A DNA stretch of 64,000 bases, taken from the IMG/VR virus record IMGVR_UViG_3300022752_000020, positions 32,001-96,000 of that record. One strand, written 5' to 3'. Of the stretch, positions 43,498 through 52,975 are shown piece after piece (within the stretch, counting starts at the first letter, position 1; each line of letters opens with the position of its first letter). The notes below the pieces were generated by a model, which saw only the letters and a list, made by a program, of their open reading frames with translations, did not search any database and was not told the DNA's origin. This DNA comes from a virus. The translations under genes and the position numbers were made by a program.

Positions 43498-46350
43498 TTA
43501 TTGATCGCTCACATCTAAATATAAACTAGTCATTGACTGACCTTGATTTAATCTAATTCTTACCCATATTTCATTGTTAGTACTATTGGTACTACTCAAT
43601 GTTCCAAAACTAATATTAACTTGATTAGTACCTGCTGCTGTTGGGAGATTACCGCCTAATGCACAACCGCCTGCTAGACTATTGTCTATGGCTGCACTTA
43701 ACCAACTGTTAACATGTCCTGATTTTAAACTAGTTCCATTTGCTCCTGGTAATGCTGCCCAAATACCTGCTATACCCCCTGGTGTAGTCCAACGTATTCT
43801 AAACTTGCTTACTCCGCTTCTTACAAATCTAAAAGTAAAATATTGTGGATTAGCCGCTGTTCTTGTACTTAAATTTGGTCCTGCAGGAAGATATCCTGTT
43901 GAATAATTTGTTACATCATGTTTAAGACTATTAACACCTGTTCCTGTTCCTACTACTGTAGCATCTGTAGCTAATAATGTACTTGTTTGACTGTTGAACA
44001 ATGTGCTACCTGCTGTGAATACTGGATTATCTGTGCTGGCAACTCCTGCATCTGGATTCTGACATCTTGTAGCACCAGTTGTACTACCACCTACTGCTGC
44101 ATTAAAAAATATATTAGTTTCATCTAAAAATGATGTGCTACTTGTTGTTCCAGTTTTATAAAGAACTATAGCATTTAGTGTTGGTAATGCTGAATTAGCT
44201 GTAAGATAACTATTATCTGCTGTGAATTGTGGCACAGTAGTTGTAGTTGTCCAAGCACCAAATCCTGTAATTATGTTAACAACAAAGTTTGTACTATTTG
44301 GGCCTGCTCCTGTTGTAACCGTAGTTGTTGCTGGCAATGTTGTATAGGCAAAATTAGCCAATGTTTTATTACCTGCACTGGTCCATGGTCCTACTGCACT
44401 AGTAGTTAGACATGTGCTGGCTGTACTAGGTAAACTGGTTTGTCCTGGATTCCAAGTTACGACAAATCCTATGTTATAAATTGTACTACTATTGTAATGT
44501 GGAATAGTACTACTATAGGTTATATTGCTTGTACCAAGAGTAAAAGTTTGAGCGCTGAATACAGGGGCTAGTGGGCTAGTACTATCATAGTACCAAATAC
44601 CTATATTACTGGTATTAGCTCCAATTGTAGTTGATCCTGCCGCATCATGAGCTATTTGCACTGTATTCCATCCTGCTGGCACTGATGTTCCAGTAACGCT
44701 TAAATCTACTGTCTCATGAAATCCTGGCTTGTCAACAGGATAAGCTACATTATTACCTACAACAAGACTAGTATTATATGCTGTATATGTATTATTATCG
44801 TTCTGTGTAGTAAATTGTAAACTTTGTCCACTTGTTGTAGCATTGGCTACTATATTGGTTGCACTTTGTTGACCAGTTACAGTATTATAACTGGCCAATT
44901 TTAAAATCTTTGAACTAATAAAAGTTATAACATATGTACCATTAAGTGCTAGTCCACCAAAAGCAGTACCACTTGCTGATATTTTAATCAAATAACCTGG
45001 AACTAATACGCCTGTAGTTGGCTGTGTGTACTTGAATTCTTCACTGCCATTAGTTGATCCTGTTAGCACTGTAGTTATTACTTGGGTAGTATTACCATAA
45101 GTTAATTTCTTTGTAACCGCTGCACTATTATTTCTATTAACTGTTATAATACCACGATTGCCTGGACCAGTGTCTGATATTGTATTGGTACTAAATGTAC
45201 TGACTCTTGCCACATATACTACTGTTCCAGCTGCTGGTGCAGTAATACCTGTACCATTTGTTGATTGACTAACAGCATCAATATTCATAATACGTTGTGT
45301 TAGACTATTAATAGTTAAATTTGTAGCATTTGGAAAACTTGGGGGTGGTAGAGGAACTAATAATGTTAATGTTAAATTAAGTTGAGCTACACCATCTGTT
45401 AAACTGGTCTGCTGCGTCATATCCACTGCACCAGCTAGTATTCCATATTCTGGATCACCCATTAAAATATAGTTTGCGTTATCTGTAGCTACATCTCCAA
45501 GGACATTTAGATCATTATGTATTCTGGTATCATTAATAAGTTCGATCAGCCCATTACCATTTGACGCTAATGTTAAATGTCCTTGGCTAAATGTATTGCT
45601 AACTTTTGTATAATTCTGTGGATTGTTTATGCCAGTAAATGTTTTAGCTGGTAGTGTACCAGATCCGGGGATAGATGTTTGAGTAAAGTTATAAGTGTCA
45701 CCAACTTCTGGACCACCTAATCTCATATCATCAACATAAACTTGACGCCATGATTTAGTCAAACTTCCCAGATCATAAGTATCATCTACATCGGGAATAA
45801 TATCACTTATAATATCTGCATTAAATTGAATAGTATCTGTATTTTGATCACCTAAGACCAAATTGCCATCTGCTGTAATACTACCGGTAGCATGTATATT
45901 ACCATTAACTTCTAAATTACCTCTTAAATCTAACTGGCTAAATCCGTTAACTGAATCTGTTGTTGTAATTTTAAATGTTCTACTATCAAAAGTTATGTAG
46001 TCTAAAACTGTATTAGTTTTAAAACTAAGTCCTTGACTATAACTTTTTATTTCATTACCATCAATTTGAACATTATCTATTCTAAGATAATCACCAAGAT
46101 ATGTATTACTAAAAGTTGTACCTGAAACATCTAATGGATATATAGGGTTTACTTTGTTTATACCTACACCAACTATCTTAGTAGGATCATTATCCTTAGG
46201 AACTGATAGGTATAACAGAGCTCTATTTACATTGGTAGTTACGCCACCTACTGTTTCTGGTACAGATCTCTCCTCAAAAGACATATCTTCTCCATATCTG
46301 AGAAGATTCTTTCTGAGCATCGAACCTGAAATACGACCTACATTGGCCAT
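43498..46350 (-). CDS. Putative virion structural protein (950 aa), paralog of 16945..19056 with a different N-terminus
   Basis: N-terminus MANVGRISGSML; fibre motifs VGINKVNPIYPLDVSG and IIPDVDDTYDLGSLTKSWRQVY; shared C-terminal motifs with the 703-aa protein. Confidence 0.8.
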   Translation of the reverse strand: MANVGRISGSMLRKNLLRYGEDMSFEERSVPETVGGVTTNVNRALLYLSVPKDNDPTKIVGVGINKVNPIYPLDVSGTTFSNTYLGDYLRIDNVQIDGNEIKSYSQGLSFKTNTVLDYITFDSRTFKITTTDSVNGFSQLDLRGNLEVNGNIHATGSITADGNLVLGDQNTDTIQFNADIISDIIPDVDDTYDLGSLTKSWRQVYVDDMRLGGPEVGDTYNFTQTSIPGSGTLPAKTFTGINNPQNYTKVSNTFSQGHLTLASNGNGLIELINDTRIHNDLNVLGDVATDNANYILMGDPEYGILAGAVDMTQQTSLTDGVAQLNLTLTLLVPLPPPSFPNATNLTINSLTQRIMNIDAVSQSTNGTGITAPAAGTVVYVARVSTFSTNTISDTGPGNRGIITVNRNNSAAVTKKLTYGNTTQVITTVLTGSTNGSEEFKYTQPTTGVLVPGYLIKISASGTAFGGLALNGTYVITFISSKILKLASYNTVTGQQSATNIVANATTSGQSLQFTTQNDNNTYTAYNTSLVVGNNVAYPVDKPGFHETVDLSVTGTSVPAGWNTVQIAHDAAGSTTIGANTSNIGIWYYDSTSPLAPVFSAQTFTLGTSNITYSSTIPHYNSSTIYNIGFVVTWNPGQTSLPSTASTCLTTSAVGPWTSAGNKTLANFAYTTLPATTTVTTGAGPNSTNFVVNIITGFGAWTTTTTVPQFTADNSYLTANSALPTLNAIVLYKTGTTSSTSFLDETNIFFNAAVGGSTTGATRCQNPDAGVASTDNPVFTAGSTLFNSQTSTLLATDATVVGTGTGVNSLKHDVTNYSTGYLPAGPNLSTRTAANPQYFTFRFVRSGVSKFRIRWTTPGGIAGIWAALPGANGTSLKSGHVNSWLSAAIDNSLAGGCALGGNLPTAAGTNQVNISFGTLSSTNSTNNEIWVRIRLNQGQSMTSLYLDVSDQ

Positions 46351-46482
46351 TACGCTCCCCTATACCCCGTGTTTCACGGTTAACCTTTGTTTGAGCTTGC
46401 GCTCGCATCCCTTACGGGCTCTTTGCCGGTTTACCACAGTTTGATGTGATACTCACAGAATCATGAGTACCAATCTTATTTA
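46351..46482 (-). promoter_or_regulatory. TAAATA promoter plus ~125-nt structured 5' leader (candidate cis-regulatory RNA)
   Basis: Minus strand: TAAATA (46477-46482), then GTACTCA/TGAGTAT, CCC-GTAA-GGG, GAGC-GCAA-GCTC, CCGTG-AAA-CACGG, then SD GGGGAG. Confidence 0.6.
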
Positions 46483-46500
46483 GCTAGATTTGGGAAAAGG

Positions 46501-47175
46501 TTAGTCAAACCCGTGAATTACAGTCACCGTTTTACCAGGAGGTGGTGGACTAAAAAATTGAATATATTTTCCAGTAGGGTAGGATTTTGAGCTTGGGGCA
46601 TTAACCATGATATAATTCGTATATGGTATTTGAAAAACATTTTCAACATATACAAATATGTTAGCAGCACTCTTTGGTACAAGTGCATTTACATCTCTTA
46701 TAGGACCAAAATTTAATTCTGTCCCATCAACAAAGCTTATAGTATTAAGATTTTCAATTTCACTATCAGCATCGCCTTCATAAGATGGATAAGTTTCTTC
46801 ATCTGCTAGAAATATTCCGCTGCTTGCTGGATCTGCACCAAATCTTTGTATGGTTACTAGAGCAGGTTGTTTAGCTTTTAACTGAATCCAGATACCATTA
46901 GTTAATACTTCAAGAGCATCTTCATCAAGATTATATCTTATTAAACCGCTATTTTTATACCATGTTGTGGGTGCAGGTCTTTCGTCAGTATATCCTGTGG
47001 GTAAAAATAAAGCTTTTAACTGAGGCAATCCTGTATACCAAGTAGCACCTGGAGCAGTTCTATCATAACTATATGGAATATCCATTATGACCTGTCCATC
47101 ATACCTACTGCTATAGGTCAATTCTAAACTTTTAGCACTATTATTATTAATTTTATTTTGTTTATAAAATTTCAT
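46501..47175 (-). CDS. Putative tail/baseplate-associated structural protein (224 aa)
   Basis: LPTGxTxERP..GLIRYN..LEV fibre-type motif and IFVYVENVFQIP..FFSPPP beta-domain motif. Confidence 0.65.
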   Translation of the reverse strand: MKFYKQNKINNNSAKSLELTYSSRYDGQVIMDIPYSYDRTAPGATWYTGLPQLKALFLPTGYTDERPAPTTWYKNSGLIRYNLDEDALEVLTNGIWIQLKAKQPALVTIQRFGADPASSGIFLADEETYPSYEGDADSEIENLNTISFVDGTELNFGPIRDVNALVPKSAANIFVYVENVFQIPYTNYIMVNAPSSKSYPTGKYIQFFSPPPPGKTVTVIHGFD

Positions 47176-47564
47176 TACTGTACCTGCACAACGCTTAAAA
47201 AAGCATTGATAGCACTGGGGCGATCAGCACTGGCCCAAATAGCATCCAGTTCGCCTAAAATAATTTTTTCGCTATCAAAAGCAAATGTATCACCTACATT
47301 AATAGCAAGTTCCTTAATACATACATTAGTACTACTAGGATTCCTCCCTTTCTCTACAAGATATATGGTAAGCAAGGCTGGTTGAGTATCTCTATTACAG
47401 AAAAACATACTAGTAATAGCATATGCTTTACCTGGAAAGTTTGGAGCGGTGAAAGGAGGAGTGTTAACTTGAAAAAGAGCAGTGCCACCTGCAACAGTGC
47501 CTGGTGTTGTCACCGTTGCTTCTGTTACACTTAACACTGGTACTAGAGCTGTTACTAAAGCCAT
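47175..47564 (-). CDS. Small beta-rich structural protein (129 aa), paralog of 20215..20553
   Basis: AITSMFFCN..INVGDTF..EKIILGELDAI aligns by eye with the 112-aa protein. Confidence 0.65.
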   Translation of the reverse strand: MALVTALVPVLSVTEATVTTPGTVAGGTALFQVNTPPFTAPNFPGKAYAITSMFFCNRDTQPALLTIYLVEKGRNPSSTNVCIKELAINVGDTFAFDSEKIILGELDAIWASADRPSAINAFLSVVQVQ

Positions 47565-47574
47565 AAAAATTCCT

Positions 47575-48777
47575 TTAAAATATTAGCCCATAAACTAGAG
47601 CATTAGCAGCACTACACAGTTCACCAGTGGTATTATTGTTAGTAAAAAATATACCTGTTCCACCTGATCCTTGTGTGGCTCTACTATATATAGTATTTGT
47701 TCCCGTTGTACTTGTAGGATCAGAAAGAGCTGGACTGAGATAATCAATCTTAACTATGCTCCTTATCACTACATTTCCTGTAGAAGGATTGATTACTAGA
47801 TCAGCATTATCTGTTTTAATTATTGCCTGATCACCAATATCTATAACGACCTTAAGATTCCTATCAGCTAATCCGCCTCGACCAACAACTAAGCCTTGAT
47901 CCGTACCTACTTTACCTATTCTAGCCACAGCCAATTGAGCTAAATCTCCAGGTGGTGTTCTTGGAAAACTACCTAAATCACTACCTACAGTAAACAATAC
48001 TCCACTAAATCCATCACCTGTTTGACTTATATCCTTGGCCTGTGCACCACTATAAGTATTTAGAGTGTTTAAATCAGTATATCTAAAAAACTGTTGAATA
48101 ACAGCTTGACCTGCTTCAGCTCTTACATAATCCCTAATGAACTGTATGTTAGGTATAGCATTATTACCTTCTTCTTGCATTGTTATATCAGGATTATCAA
48201 TTAATTTTTTAATACGTATATGATAAGCATCATAAAGCTGATCCTCATTTAGATCGGAAGCTTTATAATCAACTTTTAAAAGTCCTTCATATCCAACAAA
48301 AAAACTTAAATCTTTATTTGGTTGCACACCATAAGTTTGTATTCTATTAGTTGTTATCGGTAATAAAGACTTATTAGGTAAAGTACTTTTACTGACAAAC
48401 GATTCTAAAACAGGATATGCAGTTTTATCTTCTAAACTGTCACCACCTAAAACATAACCTCTTAAAGGAACTTCATCAAACACAAATAATGCGTCTACAT
48501 TTCCTCTATCTATTTCTATTCCAGACATTGGTTCAACACCGCTTATGCCACTCTGACCATTTCCTGGACCTTGTTCACCTCTGTTCAGTCTTATAATACG
48601 GTCTTCAATTTCTAAATTTGTGGAATTTACATAGGTGGCACCACCTTCTACATAAAGATCTCCTGTTACAGTAACTCTACCAGAATTACCTGGTCCAGGA
48701 TTCAATAGAATTTCACTACCTGTTTCTTCGGCAATGATCTTATAACCACCTTTCTGTATTCTTAAAACTTTAGACAT
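47575..48777 (-). CDS. Putative virion structural protein (400 aa)
   Basis: VTGDLYVEG..VNSTNLEIEDRIIRLN..GIEIDRG fibre-like motif; hydrophobic C-terminus ALVYGLIF. Confidence 0.7.
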   Translation of the reverse strand: MSKVLRIQKGGYKIIAEETGSEILLNPGPGNSGRVTVTGDLYVEGGATYVNSTNLEIEDRIIRLNRGEQGPGNGQSGISGVEPMSGIEIDRGNVDALFVFDEVPLRGYVLGGDSLEDKTAYPVLESFVSKSTLPNKSLLPITTNRIQTYGVQPNKDLSFFVGYEGLLKVDYKASDLNEDQLYDAYHIRIKKLIDNPDITMQEEGNNAIPNIQFIRDYVRAEAGQAVIQQFFRYTDLNTLNTYSGAQAKDISQTGDGFSGVLFTVGSDLGSFPRTPPGDLAQLAVARIGKVGTDQGLVVGRGGLADRNLKVVIDIGDQAIIKTDNADLVINPSTGNVVIRSIVKIDYLSPALSDPTSTTGTNTIYSRATQGSGGTGIFFTNNNTTGELCSAANALVYGLIF

Positions 48778-48778
48778 T

Positions 48779-49165
48779 TTAGACTGCTGTTAGTTTAATA
48801 ATATCCCCAGTGCTATCTTCGTATTGTGTTAGAAACCATGTATAACGATTTCCACTAAAATCTGTAGCAATACGCTTGGTAAGTTTAGCTACACTTACAC
48901 TACCTGGACTTAATCCATCTGTACTGCCTGTAATTAAAATTTGACCATTTGCTATGGCATTGTCAATAGAATTAACCAGTGTTCCTACTCTATATGTTGA
49001 ACCATCTCTTGTTACTAGATATGTTCTAGCACCTCTTTGTTTTACAATCCAGTAGTCTGTGTTAGTTGTTCCACCAAATCTACCAGTTACTCTAATACCT
49101 GCATCACCTACATATGTGCCAATAACTTTGACACCATTAACATCTTTGCTTAACGGACGTCCCAT
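48779..49165 (-). CDS. Conserved-looking phage hypothetical protein (128 aa), possibly head-associated
   Basis: Strong SD AAGGAG, its own TAAATA promoter (49231-49236), MGRP start and IVKQRG motif. Confidence 0.7.
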   Translation of the reverse strand: MGRPLSKDVNGVKVIGTYVGDAGIRVTGRFGGTTNTDYWIVKQRGARTYLVTRDGSTYRVGTLVNSIDNAIANGQILITGSTDGLSPGSVSVAKLTKRIATDFSGNRYTWFLTQYEDSTGDIIKLTAV

Positions 49166-49236
49166 TTGTTTCTCCTTTAATGGCGTTCTAGGCCTACGGG
49201 GAGGGTTACCCCGTAATAGCTCTGACTATGTATTTA
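49166..49236 (-). promoter_or_regulatory. TAAATA promoter plus leader hairpin
   Basis: Minus strand TAAATA..TACGGGG-taaccct-CCCCGTA..AAGGAG-ATG. Confidence 0.55.
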
Positions 49237-49244
49237 CCAAAAAA

Positions 49245-49943
49245 TTAATTTAGTAAGTTACTATTCCTCAAATGTTCAGGATTTTTTCCATCTGTGTGTA
49301 CTATAGTTGGAGGGTGTCCTCTTGGTCCATATATTGCACCTCGAATAGGACTACCTGTCAAATATTCTTCTAAGCCATATTCCTGACCAAAACCTACATA
49401 ATGAGTATGTTTTGCAGCTTCATTTAACCAACGCTGACGGTTAATAATATGTGGATTATTACTTACTGCATTTACCATAGCATAGGGAAATACGCTGCCT
49501 TCATAGTCAACCCAATCCATATCATGACCAAAACTTGCATGTACGTCTGGATGATTTCCGTGTACTTTACGATTAAATCTCATATGCAAAATATCGTCTT
49601 TACGCATTCCATCTACTATTTGATCTAGGGTATGATGTATATGTTCTTTGTTAAACAACCAATCATGTTCTAACATAAACAAAAATTCTTTATTACTACC
49701 TCTAACAGCTAAATGATAACCATGACTTAACCCGCCTACTTCATGATTAACTACGGGAAAAATTTTATTAAGAGCTTCAATGTATTCGTAACATTTTTCT
49801 TTGTTTGGATTTTTATCACACCATACTGTTACAGGAATATCTGCATTAAAAGTATCCATAAAACTTTTATATGTTGATTCAATATGCCAAGTATCAGGTG
49901 CGTTTATAGTACTGTTTGTAAAAATATGCAATTCTATATCCAT
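49245..49943 (-). CDS. Glycosyltransferase (GT-A/GT2-like) fold protein
   Basis: FLFMLEHDW (hhhh-DxD-like metal/nucleotide-sugar motif), SNNPHI, C-terminal IVHTDG; TAAATA at 49965-49970. Confidence 0.55.
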   Translation of the reverse strand: MDIELHIFTNSTINAPDTWHIESTYKSFMDTFNADIPVTVWCDKNPNKEKCYEYIEALNKIFPVVNHEVGGLSHGYHLAVRGSNKEFLFMLEHDWLFNKEHIHHTLDQIVDGMRKDDILHMRFNRKVHGNHPDVHASFGHDMDWVDYEGSVFPYAMVNAVSNNPHIINRQRWLNEAAKHTHYVGFGQEYGLEEYLTGSPIRGAIYGPRGHPPTIVHTDGKNPEHLRNSNLLN

Positions 49944-49970
49944 AATGATTCCTAAATAATAGCATATTTA

Positions 49971-50000
49971 AAAAAAAAGGCACCAAGTAGGGTGCCTTTT
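49971..50000 (-). terminator. Intrinsic terminator after the major capsid gene
   Basis: Minus strand AAAAGGCACC-ctactt-GGTGCC followed by a run of 8 or more T. Confidence 0.85.
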
Positions 50001-50032
50001 ATAATAGAACAAATTCTTGGTCTATTGAATGA

Positions 50033-51211
50033 TTAGCTAAACTTGACGTTAGCTGTGTTCAATCCAACTTTACCCAAATAGTCTTGAGCGTTACCAAGAG
50101 AACTTGCTGTATTTGTCAACTCTACATAACCATAACGTGTCATAAATGATACGACTGGTTCAAATGTAGATGGATCCAATACAACACCACTGCTCATCAA
50201 TGGAATGTATGGGCAGTAGAATGCAGCAGCATCACTCTCGCTTGTACCTTTGTAACCAATTAGGATATCAGAGGTATCGCTAGCATATGTGTTTACATAT
50301 ACTTTCATAGCACTATTTAATGTACCAACTAGCTTGGTGTTAGTTGGAGCTTCAAATGTGCCTTCTGTTGTACGAGCAAATGCGCTGGTTGTAGCACTTT
50401 GTAGAATAGTTAGTACAAATGGACTTACTACTGCCCAGTTAGCAGCACCACGACGTGTGCGTTGAGCAATAATATTAGCAACACGGTTGATTAAAACTGC
50501 TAAAGCAGCATGTTCATCACCAACGAATGTAGCTGTACCACTTACAGTAGCTTGATTATATGTAGCAAGTGCAGGTCCGGCCAAGTTATTTAGACTTGCT
50601 AGAATTTCTTGATCGATTTCAGCAGTAATTTCCTGTGCTAGAGCAGCCATGATCTCTGCTTCAACATCAATGCCGTGTTGTGCTTGCATATCCTGAGCAG
50701 CCTCAAATGTCCAGCGAGCGCTTAACTTACGAGTTTTCGCTTCAACTGTTTGTTTGAGGATTTGAATGCTCATTCTACGACCAGCAACACCTTCCATTGT
50801 AGCTGTACTAGCAGCTTTGCCACTAGAAGCACCGGAATACTGTTCTGCAATCTTGAATGGGCTTAGTGCCTCTTCACCAGCAGTTGTTCCAACAATGTCA
50901 CCGTTAGCACCGACTGTGTCAGCATAACGTACTCTCAATGTATGGATTTGACCAACTGGTCCAGTTAGTGGTTGTACACCAACCAACTCGTTAGCAATAA
51001 CGGTTGGCATAACACGACGGATCACTGGAAGGATCACGCGGTTTAAAGTTGCGACGTTGCCAGCAGAAGTAGTACCAGCTGAAGCGGTTTCTGCGAGATA
51101 CTTACGAGTATTCTCTAGTGCTACACCCATCACTGATTTCTTTGTGCCTTGGAGGCCTTCGAGTAGAGCCTCTTTTGTCTCCTGCCAACGGTTTGTTAGT
51201 AGTTCAGACAT
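50033..51211 (-). CDS. gp23: Major capsid protein, T4 gp23-like
   Basis: PVIRRVMPTVIANELVGVQPLTGPVG, VEAKTRKLSARWTFEAAQD, EITAEIDQEI, GYKG, AFYCPYIPL, FMTRYG. Confidence 0.96.
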   Translation of the reverse strand: MSELLTNRWQETKEALLEGLQGTKKSVMGVALENTRKYLAETASAGTTSAGNVATLNRVILPVIRRVMPTVIANELVGVQPLTGPVGQIHTLRVRYADTVGANGDIVGTTAGEEALSPFKIAEQYSGASSGKAASTATMEGVAGRRMSIQILKQTVEAKTRKLSARWTFEAAQDMQAQHGIDVEAEIMAALAQEITAEIDQEILASLNNLAGPALATYNQATVSGTATFVGDEHAALAVLINRVANIIAQRTRRGAANWAVVSPFVLTILQSATTSAFARTTEGTFEAPTNTKLVGTLNSAMKVYVNTYASDTSDILIGYKGTSESDAAAFYCPYIPLMSSGVVLDPSTFEPVVSFMTRYGYVELTNTASSLGNAQDYLGKVGLNTANVKFS

Positions 51212-51221
51212 TTCTTTCTCC

Positions 51222-52322
51222 TTAATTAAGTCCAGCTAGGCGACGGATATCAACGATGTTACTATCGGGTTCGCTGCTGTTTGTCTTTTGTGTGGTAACC
51301 TTGTTACCGGTAATTTCCTTTGCCTCTACAAGTGCCTGTCTTTTCTTGGTTGTACCAGCACTACCTTCTATAATAGTTGGTAGATACTTGTTAAAACTTT
51401 CTGTTAGTCGTGTTGTTTGTACGCTTTCTAAAAGTTCACTCATAATTCCCTTTTGTTCTGCGTTTAATGGAGCAAGCAGTTCACCCATTACTTCTCTACG
51501 CTTGGCTGCTTCTTTTAGACGACGAATTTCCATTTCCTTGGTTTCTATAACTCTCTGTGCTTTCACTGCCACTGTATTAGCCATAGTGATGGCAGAGTCT
51601 TTCTTGTTTATAACCTTGAGCAATTTACTTGTTTCTGATTTCTCATTCAAGTAACTATTCTGGTATTCGTTGCTAAATGCTTCAAATATCTTACGACCAA
51701 AGTCTGCTCTACGGGCTGCTTCAATGTCCTCTTTAAGTTGTACAAGCTCTTTATTCAAGCTCTTTGTTACAACTTGCTCGACCATTACTGCGGCACGCTT
51801 CACAAAATCCTTTTTCATCTTTCCTAGCTGTTGGCGACCTTCTTTAATTAACTTAACTTTGGTCTGAGCTAGATCCTTCTTATCTGCATAAAATTCAGCA
51901 ATTTCATTAGCGAGAGCTTCAACCACAAATTCTTCTAGTTTAAAGAATTTTGTAGCCATAGACTTTTGATCTTCATGCAATTCTTTTACTTCTTTGGCGA
52001 GACTACGTGTGATGAACTCTTTGAGTACAGCACTGTCTTGCTTCATTTTCATTGCATACTTGGCTTTGGCTTCGGCTAATTGTTTACGATCTTCTGCGAA
52101 CTCAGCAATTTCAGGTGCTAGTTGATCTGCTACCATTCTGTCAATGGCTTCAATCATGACCGTACGATCATGCTCATAACGCTGAGCAAATTCTTCCCTT
52201 AATTGTTGGCTTAGCTGTTCACGATTTTCGGCAACACGGGCTTCCCATGCTTCCTCAATTTGAGATCTAATATCCTCACTAATCACATTGTTTTCAAATA
52301 AGCTTTTTAATACATCCAACAT
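51222..52322 (-). CDS. gp22: Prohead scaffold/core protein, T4 gp22-like
   Basis: Glu/Lys-rich coiled-coil composition; sits between the protease and the major capsid gene. Confidence 0.8.
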   Translation of the reverse strand: MLDVLKSLFENNVISEDIRSQIEEAWEARVAENREQLSQQLREEFAQRYEHDRTVMIEAIDRMVADQLAPEIAEFAEDRKQLAEAKAKYAMKMKQDSAVLKEFITRSLAKEVKELHEDQKSMATKFFKLEEFVVEALANEIAEFYADKKDLAQTKVKLIKEGRQQLGKMKKDFVKRAAVMVEQVVTKSLNKELVQLKEDIEAARRADFGRKIFEAFSNEYQNSYLNEKSETSKLLKVINKKDSAITMANTVAVKAQRVIETKEMEIRRLKEAAKRREVMGELLAPLNAEQKGIMSELLESVQTTRLTESFNKYLPTIIEGSAGTTKKRQALVEAKEITGNKVTTQKTNSSEPDSNIVDIRRLAGLN

Positions 52323-52338
52323 TGTGATTCTCCTCTTG

Positions 52339-52965
52339 TTATCGGAGCTTGCCTATTACTGCTAATAGGCTCTCTTTAATATACTTCTGTGCCTTGGCAT
52401 CTTTCTTCACTTCCTCCGCTATGCGTAAGGCTCTATAACCACCACGACTATTCATCAAGTGTTCATAGATTGGTGTAGGATATGCACCTGGGGCACTAGG
52501 TTGAGCTACCACATCCACTGTGATAATCTCAAAATCACTGACCTTGCCAGTACCATCTCCACTGACATTGCCGGATCCTCTACTACTTACTCCCAACTTA
52601 ACTCCACTTTCTAACATGGTACGAACTAATTGTCCCATGGGTGTTGGCAGTATTTTAAACTTTCCATAACCATTTGGACCGTCCATCCACATTTCTGTAA
52701 TCATGTGGCTTACACGGTCCAAATTAATTTTTAAATCATCTGGATGATCTACTTCACCGAGAACGCTATATCCTCCTGATATCTGATCGTTCAAAGTTTT
52801 GACAGCTCGCTCTATCTCATCAACAGGATATATTCTCTGGTTGGCATTTTTAATACCACCTTGAATACAAATACCTTTCATAAAAAGGTCTTTACCATTT
52901 TCACCTTGACTTTCGACCACGACACGAGCCTGATCGAAACTCAAGTTTTCACGTAAGTAGCTCAT
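52339..52965 (-). CDS. gp21: Prohead core protease, T4 gp21-like
   Basis: KNANQRIYP, LGEVDHP, INLDRVSH, TPMG, LGVSSRGSG, DVVAQPSAPGAY. Confidence 0.95.
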   Translation of the reverse strand: MSYLRENLSFDQARVVVESQGENGKDLFMKGICIQGGIKNANQRIYPVDEIERAVKTLNDQISGGYSVLGEVDHPDDLKINLDRVSHMITEMWMDGPNGYGKFKILPTPMGQLVRTMLESGVKLGVSSRGSGNVSGDGTGKVSDFEIITVDVVAQPSAPGAYPTPIYEHLMNSRGGYRALRIAEEVKKDAKAQKYIKESLLAVIGKLR

Positions 52966-52975
52966 CTATCTGTGT

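Noticed and set aside
46370-46440. c-di-GMP-I (GEMM) riboswitch
   Set aside because: Only scattered words match; the P2 tetraloop/receptor arrangement is not recognisable. Kept as an unassigned structured leader.
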